Positions 1 to 14,224 of a DNA stretch of 64,000 nt are shown here, piece by piece. Within the stretch, counting starts at the first letter, position 1. Each line of letters starts with the position of its first letter. Origin of the DNA: the human T2T-CHM13v2.0 reference genome, Homo sapiens. The DNA is taken from positions 24,864,001 to 24,928,000 of the forward strand of contig CP086569.2 of the NCBI GenBank assembly GCA_009914755.4. The letters are read 5' to 3'. The notes beneath the pieces are model-generated. The model was not told the DNA's origin. It searched no databases and worked only from the letters and a program-made list of their open reading frames with translations. A program made the position numbers and the translations under genes.

Positions 1-2081
1 AATAATATCAGAAGGAATGGTACCAGTTCCTCTTTGTATCTCTGGTAGAATTCGGCTATGAATCTGTCTGGTACAGGATTTTCTTGGTTGGTAGGCTCTC
101 AGTTACTGCCTCAGTTTCAGAACTTGTTAATGGTCTATTCATGAATTTAACGTCTTCCTGGTGTAGACTTGGGAGGGTGTATATGTCAAGGCATTTCTCC
201 ATTTCTTTTAGATTTTCTAGTTTATTTGCATAGAGCTGTTTATAGAATTATCTGATGGTAGTTTGTATTTCTGTGGGATCAGTGGTGATATTGCCTATAT
301 CACTTTTTATTGCATCTATTTTATTTTTCTCTCCTTTTCTTCTTTATTGCTTTGGCTAGTGGTCTATCTATTTTGTTGATATTCTCAAAAAAACAGTGCG
401 TGGATTTACTGATTTTTGAAAGTTTTTTTTTGGTGTCTCTATCTCCTTTAGTTCTGCTCTGATGTTAGTTATTTCTTGTCTTCTGCTAGCTGTTGAATTG
501 GTTTGCTATTACTTCACTAGTTCTTTTCATTTTGACGTTAGTGTATCTATTTTAGACCTTTCCTGCTTTCTCTTGTGGGCATTTAGTGCTATCCGTTTTT
601 CTCTACACACTGCTTTAAATGTGTCCCAGAGATGGTGATATGTTGTGTTTTCATTATCATTGGTATCAAAGAACATCTTTATTTCTTCCTTATTTTGTTA
701 TTTACTCATCAGTGATTTAGGAACAGGCTGTTCAATTTCTATGTTGTTGTGTGGTTTTGAGTGAGTTTCTTAATCTGGGTTCTAATTTGATTGCACTGTG
801 GTCTGGAAGGCTCTTTGTTATAATTTGCATTCTTTGGCATTTGTTGAGGAGTGTTTTACTTCCAATTATGTGGTCAATTTTTGAATACATGTTATGTGAC
901 ACCGAGAAGAATGTATATTCTGTTGATTGGGGGTGGATAGTTCTGCAGATGTCTATTAGTTTTACTTAGTCCACAGCTGATTTCAAGTCCTGCAAATCCT
1001 TGTTAATTTTCTGTCTCATTGATGGCTGCCTGTTCTTTACTCTGGAAGCTTCATCCCCAGGGGGCACCTTCAGATTCCAGCCAGTGCTCTCCTGTATGAG
1101 GTGTCTCCCAGTCAGGATACACAGAGGCCATGGATCCACTTGAGAAGGCAGTCTGACCATTAGCAGAGCTCAAACACTGTGATAGGACGTCTGCTGCTCT
1201 CTTCACAGCCATCAGGCAGTTATGTTGAAGTCTGTGATGCTGCATCCATGGCTGCCCCTTCCCCCAGATGTACTGTCCCAGGGAGACAGGGGTTTTATTT
1301 ATAAGCCCCTGACTGGGGATTCTATCATTTTTTCAGAAATGTCTTGCACAGAGAGGAGAAATCTGGCAGCCTAGCCACATCAGCCTTGCTGAGCTGCAGT
1401 TGGCTCCAACCAATTCAAACTTTCCTGTGGCTTTATTTACACTACTAAGGTAAAATGGCCTACTCAAGACTCAGCAATGGCGGATGACCCTCCCCCCAGA
1501 CAAGCTCGAGTATTTCAGGTCGATCTCAGACTGCTGCTGTGCTGGCAGAGAGAATTTCAAGCCAGTGAACCTTAGTTTGTTTGCCTCTGTAGGGGGTGTC
1601 ACTCCCCAAGCCAGACCACTTGGCTCCTTGGCCTCATCACCTCTCTCCAGGGGAGTGAACGGTTCTGTCTCCTTAACATTCCAGGCACAATTAAGGTATG
1701 AAAACAAACAAACAAACAAACAAAAAATTCCTCCAGCTAGTTCAGTGTTTGCTCTAACAGCTGCCCAGTTTTGTGCTTGAAACCCATGGCCTTCATGGGG
1801 TAGGCACCAAAGGGAATATCCTGGTCTGTAGGTTGTGAAGACCACGGGAGAAGCACATATCTGGAATAGGGCCCTTGGTTTCTCGGGCTTCCCGGGTGAG
1901 GTGATGCCCCACCCTGCTTCATCTCACACTCCATGGGCTGCACCCACTGTCCAACCATTCCCAGTGAGATGAGCAGTGTACCTCAGGTGGAAATGCAGGA
2001 ATCACTCACCTTCTGCATCGATCTCTTTGGGAGCTGCAATCTGGAGCTGTTTTTATTCAGCAATCTTGCCAGCAATTCCCC
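1..2081 (-). mobile_element. LINE-1 (older L1PA/L1PB-like) 5' portion, antisense on + strand. Contains ORF2 5' region (1-~1020) joined directly to the 5'UTR (~1021-2081). ORF1 and the inter-ORF spacer are absent.
   Basis: Positions 1-1020 are the reverse complement of L1 ORF2 nt ~470-1530 (e.g. rc of GGACCAGATGGATTCACAGCCGAATTCTACCAGAGGTACAA). Positions 1021-2081 are the reverse complement of the L1 5'UTR, ending in rc of the canonical 5' start GGGGAATTGCTGGCAAGATTGCTGAATAAAAACAGCTCC. A (CAAA)n run sits at 1697-1726 inside the UTR. The element is truncated by the window edge at position 1. Confidence 0.85.
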
Positions 2082-3262
2082 TTCATTTTTTTTTTTTTAA
2101 TGGTGAAGGAGCCATTAACTGGAAATGTAAAACTATGCAAATTCTAGAAGAAAGCACAGACATAAATGTATGTGATCTTGGATTTGGTCATAAGTTTTAA
2201 CAAATGACAACAAAGCCGATCAGCAATGGTAAAAAAAAAATTAATAATTTAAGGTTTCTCATATTAAAAGCTTATACTCTGAGTAAAATCTTGTTCAGGA
2301 AATAGAAAGATAAGCAACACACTGAAAATAAATATCTGCAAAATACAGATCTGGGTAAAAACTTGCACTGAAAATACACCAATCTTGAAACTCAAAAATA
2401 AGATATAATACCTAATTAACAATGAGTAAAGAGCTGAACACACCAATGAAAATACGAAGATGGCAAGCAAACAAAAAGATGCTCAAACTCATATATCTTT
2501 AAGTGACTGAAAATTACAACAATGAGTTAGCATGGCTCATCTATATTTGTTGGAACTACTAAACCATTTTTAAAACATGACAACTGATTTGCTGCAGGAA
2601 AAACAACAATTCATTCATTGTTTGTGGAATGCATGATGGCACAGAAAGAAAAAGAACTCTTTCAAACTCTCATATTAACCTGAAAGCCTGTTTCTATCCT
2701 CTATCATACACACAAGGTGCTATTTGGTCTACCTTTTGGTGACAGACTCGAGATCCAATATAATTTGTGCATCTGTAAGAAGTAGCTGGGATCCAGACAG
2801 AAGGCAGATGGTCCCCACAGTCAAAGTCATCTAAGAACTTTTTAATAAAGAGGGACTTATTCAGGGTATCTAAAAAAGATGGTGGAGTTCCCTGGGATAG
2901 TAACAGGACCATACTCTTTGTACTCCTTGGGAATGGAGAATTAGGGGAGAGAGAAATTCTCAGCACTGGAGAGACAGAGATGGTTCAGAGCACTTGAAAG
3001 ATGTCATCACAGGCACTATGACCTCTCTGGGACTTGAGATGAAGCAGCCAGTCTAGGGCCACTGTATGTGGAGGCTGGTGTCCCCACTAGCCAAACCCAA
3101 TCAGCAGGCAGAGAGCAAAAAAATGCCTTGATACCATCTAGAGGCAGGTTAGCAGAGTTTAATCCAGAAATCATAATTTTATAAATCTTTCCAATTTAAG
3201 CCTCCTTTACAAGTATAAAACATAGTTTTATACTGACTTAGTATGAATCACTAATACATGCA

Positions 3263-3500
3263 AGCCATGCACAGTGGCTCATGTCTGTAATCCTGGCTAT
3301 TTGTGAGGCCCAGGCTAGTGGAACATTTTGGTGAAAAGATTGAGACCAGCCTGGCCAACATGGTGAAACCCTGTCTCTATTAAGCATATAAAAATTAGCT
3401 GTGTGTGTGTGGAGCGGGTGGGGGGGGGGGCGGTAAATTCCTGTAGTCTTACCTACTTGAGAGGCAGAGGCAGGAGAATTGCTTGAACATAGGAGGTGGA
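3263..3500 (+). mobile_element. Alu SINE, 3' truncated, with an internal G13 homopolymer
   Basis: GCCATGCACAGTGGCTCATGTCTGTAATCC...GAGACCAGCCTGGCCAACATGGTGAAACCCTGTCTC Alu left and right arm motifs. A 13-G run lies at 3420-3432. Confidence 0.85.
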
Positions 3501-3987
3501 CATATGGTTTAAGAGATGCATGTTTTTATTTTTATTCTCTTCCAGTTTTTCTTCCTTTAGTAGTAAATAGTCACTTATCTCTTGAACACTTTCATTCACA
3601 ATATATTTGTTTTGTTATTGCCGAAGACTGTGCTTTGACACACATTAACTCAATCTGAAACTTAAAAAGGAAAATTTGCATTTGAATGATGACTTTACAG
3701 TGCTGCAAAAGTAAAAGCTGGCAGGCTCCTTTTAGCATAGCGTCACAATTTAACTGAGGTCACTGAACCGATGTCTGAATCTCTGCAATAAGACCCAAAC
3801 TACAGTAACAAAAATTGTCTTCTGCCCTGCAGTTGGGGCAGAGGAAGTTTTATGGACAACATCCCATGAAGCAAGTCCTTCTAAGTAAGATTATAACCTC
3901 ATTTTGCATAGGCATTGAAGAACTTAAAACAGTCACTCATCATAGCAATATAGATTTGTTTTAAATATGAAAAGGTAAGGTAAAAAT

Positions 3988-4603
3988 GGCCAGGCATGGT
4001 GGCTCCCGCCTGTAACTCCAGCACTTTGGGAGGCCAACATGAGAGGATAGCTTGAGCTCAGAATTTCCAGACTACCTTGGGCAACAAGGAAAAACCCGGT
4101 CTCTACTAAAAGTGCAGCCGGACACTGGCTCAAGCCTGTAATCCCAGCACACTGGGAGACCATCATGGACAGATCACTTGAGGTAAAAAATTTGAAACCA
4201 CCCTAGCCAACATGGTGAAACCCAATCTCTACTAAAACTATAAATATTAGCCAGGCATGGTAGCAGGTGTCTGTATTCCCCGCTACCCAGGAGGTTGAAA
4301 CAGGAAAAATCACTTGAAAACAAAGGCAGTGGTAGCAGTGAGCCCAGTTTGCATCATTACACTCAAGCCTGGGCAACAGAACGAGACTCCATCTTAAAAA
4401 AATTAAAAAGTAAAAAACAAAAACAAAAAAAAGACATAATTTTCTTGGTGTGGTGGGGTATGGCTATAATCCGAGCTTCTCGGGAGGTGGAGACACAAGA
4501 ATTGCTTTACCCTGGGAGGTGATGATTGCAGTGAGCCGATATAACACTAGTGCACTCCACACTGAATGACATAATGAGGCTCAGTCTCAAAAAAAAAAAA
4601 AAG
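3988..4603 (+). mobile_element. Cluster of at least two Alu elements plus a partial right arm, head-to-tail
   Basis: Repeated GGCCAGGCATGGTGGCTC / CTGTAATCCCAGCACTTTGGGAG / GCCTGGGCAACA motifs. A-rich linkers. A terminal A13 tail at 4590-4603. Confidence 0.85.
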
Positions 4604-7600
4604 TAACATTTTGTGTAGAGCTTTTCTTTTCTTAGTATTCTCTATGTCATATTTGAATAAGAAGGCATACAAAGTTCTCACAAAAGTTCAACTTGCAAAA
4701 ATGTTTTAAGTGCCTAAAATTCCAGCTTCATCTTCAGACAGCAAGCATAAAAATAAACAGAAAATTAAACAAGCAATGGCAGGTGATAAATGCATTGCAT
4801 TTAGTTTTAATATGTGAGATAACACTATAATGTCAAAAATTTTAGCTGCTGCTGATGAAAGGAAAGAACAGGTTAATGTAGAAACAGAACAATAATAATA
4901 TTGGCCACCTGCTATGAACTAGGCTCATACGTTAACTCACTGAATTCCCTCAACAACCCTATAATGTGGAAAACATCCTAGGGTTTACAGCTGAGGAATC
5001 TGCAATCAAAGGACCTGCCCAAAGGCACACAAGAAATTAGGACACAGATAGGATTCAAGGAGGACTCTAAGAATCAAAGCACTGTCTACACTTTCATATA
5101 TGATGTTGATTGAAATTAAGAACTGTTGAGTTAACTTTAGTCATCCCCATCTTTGCCGTAGAAATGGCAGTTTAAACATCTCGAGAGAAAAATTTTGGAT
5201 AAATTATACATGACTAAAATTGTGTATGTTCATTAAAATCTATTTCAAAAAAATATGCTAAACAATTCCTTGAGTTCTTACATAAAACTTACAGATTGAT
5301 TGAGTTCCTCCTTTTTTGTATTACTAACTGTGAGTTCGTCTTGCAAGTAAACAGCTTTTCCTGAAAGAAATAGCCCTTTAAACACCATAATGTTTTCCTT
5401 GTGAATACAAAAGCTATTTAATATTTATGGCCAGTATGTCAGACCTAATGACCATTATTTTATAATATGAAATAGCCTGTGTAGGGGACAAAACTTTCAC
5501 AGGCAAGTAAGAAATAAGCCCTGTTAGCTAACAGGTGATGTGAAGCTATAACTGTCATCTATGTGGTGAAATTCCACCATCTACACCTGCTAACCAGAGA
5601 GGTTTTAAGTTCCTTGAAGAAGAAGATCTGTCTGTTACTATATTGTAAAAGACAATATTGTTATTGTATTGTAGGTATTACTTTGTCATTTTCATTTTAT
5701 TTAACTTGAATCTATGTAGATATAATATCAAGGCAAAATTTGCTACATAGATGATGGTAGTAATTTATAAAAGAAGGGTTAGTCTCCACAAGATAGTAGT
5801 AAAAGCGGAAGCCACACACTGGGTGTCTGGACATCAAATAACCACCCTTGGTGTACTCCCAATAGTCTAATTGAAAATTCCAACAAAACGTCACCTCTCC
5901 TAACAGGCAATTTCCTAAAAATATATTGAAATATAAAATATCTGAAGATTGAGACATTACTCATCTTCCAGTTTCAAGTGAAATATACACAAGAAATCAG
6001 GAGGTTATATGTAAAGTAAAAATATTATAAATAAAAAATATTTTAGAAGGCCACAAAATAAGAAGCTATGTCACAGGAAACAGAGAAGTTAAAGTTTTTC
6101 CTTAAGTGGAAAAGAACATATCTCATGCTAAAAGTAATAGGCACCAGAGGCAATAAGTTGCTGCCACCTTGATAATTACAGGTTTTTCAAAATATATTGA
6201 AATAAAGCTTATTAAAAATACAGAAACAATCACTGGCCTTTCTGACTATATAAAATATTAAAAATAATGGTTTCTCAAAAGGCAGTGAAGACAATTTTTT
6301 TAATTTTACATAATTAAAATTACAAAAAATATGAACTATCGAAGAGACAATGAAACATAAAGTTTTTTTTTTGTTTTTTTAGAATATAAAACAGACCCAA
6401 ATTGGGAAGCTAATAACCTGTATCAAAACTGAAAACTACAGCTACTTACCCCACCCAAACCTCACCTTTATTCTTCCTTTTCTCTCCAATCAGTCAATTA
6501 GTTCTAATGATGGAGTCATCCATTAGTTCAAGTTGTTACCTGATATTTATAATGAGTCAATATAAATTTCATAGTTATCTCTCCAGAAAGATGGTTATCA
6601 ATGTGGGAGCTTATCTACGGTACAGGTGAACCTGAGGGCACTGAAGACGACATTACGTGAACTTCAATGTCCCTCAGTACTAAAGCCAGGGATAGGAATT
6701 TCAAACATAACATGTCCAGTAAAACCCTGCCTTGATGTTATAAAGCACCATCATACGAAATGGAGGGTTATGTTGTCATAAGGTTACTGAAAGCATCACT
6801 TTCCAGTTGGTCTCAGGTGACCCAAAGAGCAAGGAAGAAAAATAAATGTACACAGCACACGGCAGACTCAATCCCACATGATAATTAGACAATCACTTTC
6901 ATCCCACCTGTACTATCTGCCTAGGCCAAACAAATGTAAGGACTTTTGTGCCTAGGGAACAAGCACAGTCTGGGGAACTAGGTGCTAAGAGCATTGTATC
7001 TGAATTAGCAGTACCTAAAGGCATATTTTCACAGTTTTACTTTTCTTTCCCAGCTTTTACAAGCTGTCTTTTGATTCCAAAAGGATAAAGAAACACTCCT
7101 GTGGTGAACAGTCCCCAAACTCCAACACTTGCCAAAGTCATACGAGAATTCCCAATGCCAGAAAGACACCATGCAGACCATGGAAGCTGTCAAAATGATA
7201 CCAAATAGTTCAGTAGCTCCATAATGATATAAAATTAACAAACATACTTTAATACATGTATTCCTGAAAATTCAGTAACTACAGAAACTTCATGTTAGCT
7301 CTTTTAATGTAGAAACTGACAAAAAAATTGGATAAAATACATCATTTTATAAGTAAAAAATAAAGTTTCTCATGGTTAGGAGTAATATGTACCAGAAGCA
7401 GTAAGCTGCTGCCAACTTCTTGACAACTACGGAGTTATCAAAATATATAGAGAATATATTAGGAATTCAGAATCTATAAAAAAACTAGTCTTTTTTTGAA
7501 GATAGAATTTGTTTATAGAATAACCTCAAGAAAGCTTTGCAAGTTCTGTGTAATGGAATATTCATGATAAATTATGAGGAAGGCAATAAAAGGAGACCAA

Positions 7601-8831
7601 ATAAATGCCCAGGGCACCTGAGTTGCGTCATTTCCTCCTGATACGTAAACTACAAATATTAGCTAAGAATTTTTTATGTGTTTGATGCTTTCAAACCCAC
7701 TGAAAAGTGACCACATGGGCATAAGGTCTTAGCACTGAGGTATTACTCACTGATATAAAAGATCAGAGTAGAGAAAAGCCAAAGTAATCATAATTGTCCA
7801 TATTTTCTTTCCCTCTATCAATTTTTGCCTCAAATAGTTAATTTTACCTCCTTTCTTTTGATTCTGGCTTTGCAGAATCATGAAGGAATACAAGGAACAT
7901 GTTCACTGACAAACATTTGGACCACTAAGTGTAATTTATACATTGTTAGATATCCCCATCATTGTGGCACTATGAGTGGGGTAGAGGAAAATGTAACTGA
8001 AAGTGATTATAATTGAAACTTTACAGCTTATCAACTATGCAACCTGAGTAAATCACAATGTGCACTGCCCTTGATAAGTATTTGAGAAGACACAAGGAAG
8101 AAGAACAGAGGACGTGCTTTTCTATACCTTGTCTTTTAAAAACTACTCTAACTCAAATGTGAGAAAGTATAGGCTATTGATAAACATATGTATTTTTTTG
8201 AACACTAAAGTTTGCATAAGATGGAAACCTTAGAATACTTCCTTAGTTTTTGTTTTATGTTTCTGCCAATGTAATTTAAACAAATTACTTCTTCAAACGT
8301 GCCAAAGCATTATGCTAGAAGTTTGTATTTTAGGTTTCTGTGATAGGTCTCCTCAAGACACTTTGTATTCTGCTCCCATCTACTAAGTCCTCAGTCATGC
8401 TTTTATATTTTTCTTCCTGGAGTTTATGGGTTCTGAAATTAGCAGAAACATAAAGTAAATAAACTATAATAGCTGAGTTAACACATTTAGGAAAAGCATC
8501 ATGTGGCATGTTTTTAGTTCAACAGACTAAAACTAGTACATGACAGTTACTACTGGGACGTAAAACAAAAGAACCAGAAGTCCTCAGTGTATTTTATGAA
8601 CCGACCTAGTTACAATGTGTTGAAACTAGCAGAAGCAGGGGGCTGTGGCATATGACTGAGAAGAGTGGGAGGGTCTCTTACTGAGGGGAGTGAGAGAGTC
8701 TCAATGAAGAAGTGATTTCTCATAGAAGATAATTAACACTTAAACAATAGCTAAAGGTGATAAACGGTCCAAATCAATTCTGGGATGAAAGAATAATACT
8801 GTTAGTTACAAAGTCATAAAAGTGCACTTAT

Positions 8832-9129
<298 letters not shown>

Positions 9130-9261
9130 GTGTACTTATGTATTTGAATCTTCTATAATGCTCTTTGTAACTCTGGAATTTAATTAATTATCTCATAGAT
9201 ATGTAAGGTACAATATTTGTTTTTCTCACTTAATAATCTATCAGCTTTAGTCAAGTATGGT

Positions 9262-9420
9262 AGCCTTCAGCTATAATCCCAGCTTTGCAGAATGCTGAGG
9301 CAGGAGAATCACTTGAGCCCAAGAGTTTCAGACCAGCCTGGACAACATAGCATGACCCTGTCTCTTAAAATCAAAACAACACCACCAAATAACCCTACAA
9401 AACAAACAAAAAAACCCTAT
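9262..9420 (+). mobile_element. Partial Alu-like monomer (FLAM/FRAM-like fragment)
   Basis: TAATCCCAGCTTTGCAGAATGCTGAGGCAGGAGAATCACTTGAGCCCAAGAGTTTCAGACCAGCCTGGACAACATAGCATGACCCTGTCTCTTAAAA followed by an A/C-rich tail. Confidence 0.6.
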
Positions 9421-10665
9421 GGATTGAATACTGATCAAGTACCAAAAGAGAGGGCAACAGATAGATGGGTCGTTCCAGGCTTCCAAATACTTAAGAATAA
9501 AATAATTTTCATAGTGAGACTTCAAGTCACCCATTGCACTGATTCCTAAGCCAGGGAGGTGGATTTACAGGTGATGAGATTCAGCCATCCTGAGAAGTTC
9601 TATAAAACACTGACTAGTCTAAGAACAGTTAAAGGCTCCAGGTATTAGCTCCCTCTGCTGGTAATCTGGAAAGCCATGGAGAGATAAACTACATTGATTT
9701 AGTATATATGCTGAGAGAAGGGAAAAGGAGTAGAGAAAATGGAGGTTAAAAAAAGTGGCACACTCTCTCTGCCCAAAAGTTGTTTCTCTTTTTTTTCTCT
9801 ATCTCGATTAATTTACCTTTTCATTGTTCCCAAAAAGAGAGTAAGGTACACAGCGAGCTGAAATAAAAAAAAAATCAAACCTAGAGAAGTGAGAAAACAA
9901 CATTAAATAAGATGGAGACAAATTCTTTAATGAGCTAAAATCCCTAAATTATCTTTGGGTGTCAATTAACAGCACATTCCCAATAGAAAAGAAGGCTTCT
10001 TGTGCAAACCACAGACAGGTGAGATTGCTGTCAATCCCAGATAATATATGAATGATAAAACATTTCTGAGCACTTGGACAATGCGAATAGCATTGAGAAA
10101 TAGTTTCATCCAGTACAAGTCAAGTCAAACCACAATACTTCCTTTTTTTGAGCACAGAGCTGGTAAAAGACGCAGGCCTGGATATTTGGAATTCAGTCAC
10201 AATACATAAACACACAAAACTATCAGACCTGAAGGACTGAAGTTAACTTTAAAACATATGATCTGTTCAAGTATTAACAGTGTCTCCAAATTTTCTGTTT
10301 GATGTTACTGTAGCCTGGTGATAACACCTCATTCTGCCTTTCATCTTAACAGTTAACATTTCAAAAGCACAGCCTTCGCGTTTGTTTCTCTTAAAGTGTA
10401 AATTCTAATGCTGCGTGATACCACCTTTACAAAAAAAGAATTCTACTTGGTAATAAACATGAGAATATTTAGACATATATTTAGTAATTCTTTTTAATCT
10501 CATCATTCTGAATATCCAAAATAAACATACATACCTGCAATTCAAAAGCTTCAACTCTCTGCTTCAGCTCTGCTTTTCTTTCTCTTAACAGATACATATC
10601 TTTAAGTAAAAGAAGACTTTGAGCATAAAGTTTCTCATTTCAACTGGTAAAAAAGCATTAATTTT

Positions 10666-10936
10666 GGCCACTTACAGTGGCTCAACACTTTGGGAGGCTG
10701 AGGCAGGAAGGTCATGAGGTCAGGAGTTCAAGATCAGCCCAGCCAAGATGGTAAAAACTCCATCTCTACTAAAAATGCAAAAGTTAGATGGGCATGATGG
10801 CAGGCTACTCAGGAGGTTGAGGCAGGGAATTGCTTGAACTTGGTAGGCCAAACAGCAATGAGCTGAGATCACGCCAATGCACTCCAGCCTTGGTGACAGA
10901 GCAAGACTGTCTCAAAATAAACAACAACAAAAAAAG
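10666..10936 (+). mobile_element. Alu SINE
   Basis: GGCCACTTACAGTGGCTCAACACTTTGGGAGGCTGAGGCAGGAAGGTCATGAGGTCAGGAGTTCAAGATCAGCC...GCACTCCAGCCTTGGTGACAGAGCAAGACTGTCTCAAAATAAACAACAACAAAAAAAGG. Confidence 0.9.
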
Positions 10937-11065
10937 GCATTACGTTTTAGCAAGCAAGTTAATGAAAGCATAACAAATTTGAGTAAATACTCTCCTTCCT
11001 GAATTCCAAAAAACAAAGTACAGAAATAGAGAATAACAATTTCACCTTCAAATGATTGCAACTCA

Positions 11066-11351
11066 GCTGGGCATGCTGATTCACTCTTATAATCCTAGCC
11101 ATTTGTGAGACCAAAACAGGCCGATCACCTGAGGTCAAATTTTGAGGCCAGCCTCGCCAATATGGTGAAACCACATCTCAACAAAAATTACAAAAATTAA
11201 CTTGGTATGGTGGTGGGCACTTCTAATCTCAGCTAATTGGGAGGCTGAGGCAGAAGAATCTCTTGAACCTGGGAGACAGAGGTTGCAATGATCCAAGGTA
11301 GTGCCATTGCACTCCAGCCTGGGCAAAAGATTAAAACTTCGTCTCAAAAAA
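11066..11351 (+). mobile_element. Alu SINE (diverged)
   Basis: Alu left arm (GAGGTCAAATTTTGAGGCCAGCCTCGCCAATATGGTGAAACCACATCTC) and right arm (GCACTCCAGCCTGGGCAAAAGATTAAAACTTCGTCTCAAAAAAAG). Confidence 0.85.
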
Positions 11352-11502
11352 AGAATCCACTTCAATGTATTCCACAACTAGCTATTCCAGCTGCATAAAT
11401 ATTTACTTTTCAATTTCTGTTAAACTACCTTCCCATATATTTTTAACATCCCTTGTGTAATTCATGCTACTTAGTTAACTTCTCTCAGTCCCTTATGTAA
11501 CT

Positions 11503-11789
11503 TTTTTTTTTTTTTTTGAGACTGGGTTCTCCTCTGTTGCCCAGGCTTGAATGAAGCATTGTGGTTTTGGATAACTGCAACCTCTGCATCCCAGAATCAA
11601 AGGATCCTCCTACCTCAGCCTTCTGAGTAGCCAAGACTACAAACACTGACCACCAAGTTCAGCTACATTTTGTGTAGAGTCGGGGTTGTGCCATGCTTCC
11701 CAGGCTGGTGTTGAAGCTGTGATTCAAATGAATCACCATCTCAGCCTCTCAAAGTGCTAAATCTATAGACATGAGCCACACACCTGGCC
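11503..11789 (-). mobile_element. Alu SINE (old, AluJ-like), antisense
   Basis: A T15 run, then GAGACTGGGTTCTCCTCTGTTGCCCAGGCTTGAATG...CTCAGCCTCTCAAAGTGCTAAATCTATAGACATGAGCCACACACCTGGCC. This is the reverse complement of an Alu. Confidence 0.85.
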
Positions 11790-14224
11790 TCCTTAACTAA
11801 AATTTTGTAAGTTCTTCAGGAAAAAATAATTAAAATATACATTCAGAAATAAAGCCCAAAGGAATAAAATCCCCATGGTTTTTAGTGGTGCTGCTGTCTG
11901 AATGTTTCAGTTTATGAGTCATCATGACTGAGAGTTAGCAAGCTCATATGAACTTGTAAAAGAATGAGACAACCTTCCACTTATGTCTTCACAGAGTAAG
12001 AATTTACTAACTACCTGTCATATATCAAGAAGCATACTGGGAACTAGATATAAAATTTAGACAGATACAGTCCTCATCTCTGAAGACCTCACAGTATAGT
12101 CAGGGAGAAACAATCACACTATGATAGGATAAATTTATAACTGAACTTAATAAAGACCGCATGCAGGAATGAGACCTAAATGAGTTGCTCAGTGGCAGTC
12201 AGGGAAGGCATCTCAGGGGTGACACCAAAGCTGGGCCTTGAATGACACTATGGTTTTATCAGGGAGAGAAGGAGATTGATATTCCAGGTGAGGAAATACA
12301 GGCATGGTGGTTTTTATGAGAAGGACAGTCTTCCTCAAAGACTCAGATCCTCGCAGTTGAATAAACAGAATTCTAGTCGGTCAACTATCTTGAAGCTGAA
12401 GTTACTAGTCTAAACACAATCTAATCATCTCTAAGATCTGTGCATCCAAAATTCAACTTTATAGCTGAAGCAAGCCCTAAATTTCCAGAAATTCTATAGA
12501 AAATTTTAGAGCCGGTGCCCTTAGTATTAAAGAGCTATGTCTCATTGAGAATTTCCAAGCAAGAGTGGGCACTAGGGGGAAGCCTTCCTACTTTTAACAT
12601 CTGTCAGTAGCTGTTGTAGATGTATGTTTGAAATACTGCTGTAAATCCTGTCTCTTCTAAAACACACACTTGGAAAAGGAATAAGATTACCTAAAGGAGT
12701 ATATCCAATCCCACTTGCCAACTAAAGCTCCTTGTCATTCCTCATCGTCTTAATCTCCTTTCCAGTTACTTTCCTGGTGATGAGATCAAATGGCCACATT
12801 GATGACCCTGGGGACTCTGGTGAATCCTTCACCCCAGGAATATTTACTCTTGCTCATTTCCATGGCTCCATCCAATGACAGCGTACTGCTTTTGATTTCC
12901 AGTCTCCACCTGAAACCTCATTCTGCAATTCCGCACTCCTGGACCATCGTTATTCTTGCACCTGTCAGTCTCTTCAGATCTAGTTCCTGATCACTGAGAC
13001 TACCACTTAACCCTCCCTTTCCCCAAAGGTTACCAGCCACCTGCCCTCTCCTCTGCTTACCCTTGCTACACAGGAGAATGATATAATCTTCAATTAAATT
13101 CTCTGACTTTCTCAAGGAAAATGAATTATGTTCTGCAAAGCTCCACTTCCCAAGTATCTCCATCTCTCCACCCTCACTGAAAGGGGCAGCAGAGAGAGAC
13201 CCTTAAAATTTCTCCCTAGATCTAGAACAGAAAACTCAACTATAAACATGTGGTTTTATCTCTCTCAATCCCAGGTTACTGTAACCAAAGCTGGGCCATC
13301 AGTACAGGTAACCACTCTGCTCTGCTTTAAAGAGCTGTTCTTACCTTACCCACATGAGCTACTCTGCACCTCCGAGCTGCTCCTAAAACTCATGACCTAT
13401 CTTCTTAATTGGCCTGAGACGATGAAGCATTTTTATGGTGTGTTTCTCATAATTACAAGTTGACTGGTCAACTCTGCAATGCTTTCCTTTCCACTAGTCT
13501 CGAAGGACACAAATCTATGTATCCTTTTCAAGGTCCATTGTCCTTGTGTTTTTGCACTCTTAGCCACAGTCCGTACCGCTCCTCTGGGGCCTTGTTCCAT
13601 CAGTTGCAACATCTCATTCCTGGATCTTGAGTCAACCCAGTAATAACTGTAGGAAATAGCCACCCAGTAAAATATTCATAAATACCACCTCTTGGTTCTT
13701 TTGATTTCTCTCAAGGATACACTTTTCCTGAAGACTGAGGGCTTCAGATTCTGCTTGACAAGCTCTCTCAGAATCACTTCAGAACATAGCTAATTCCTTC
13801 TCATACTCTCTTATCACTTCCATAAAACTTCAACTGCAAATTGATTACAAAAATATAAAAGTCCCAATCATTATACTATTAGAAAAGCAACAGTTCCTCT
13901 CTCCACCGCTAGGCTCCATATCAATGCTCTGTCCAAATATGTTATATTTATTTAATCTACAGTTTTATATCATTTACTGTATTTGTAGGACTCAATCAAA
14001 AGGGATAAACAAATCTCATAAGAAAAAATTGATATGCGCAACAGTGAAGTACCCTATTTTTTATTAAAAATTCCAGGTATTTTTTTAACATACCTAAGAG
14101 TAAATCTTTAGATGACAAACAAAAATATGACTCTTGTTAACTGTAACAAGATACAGATTACGTTTTGACACATTTCTGCCAGAAGTTGTTTTTCTATTTC
14201 TCTCTTATATTCATTTAGCTTTAC

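Noticed and set aside
7029-7241. 70-aa minus-strand ORF with a transmembrane-like stretch (…ELFGIILTASMVCMVSFWHW…)
   Set aside because: AT-rich chance ORF with no supporting splice or promoter signals and hydrophobicity that comes from T-rich codons.
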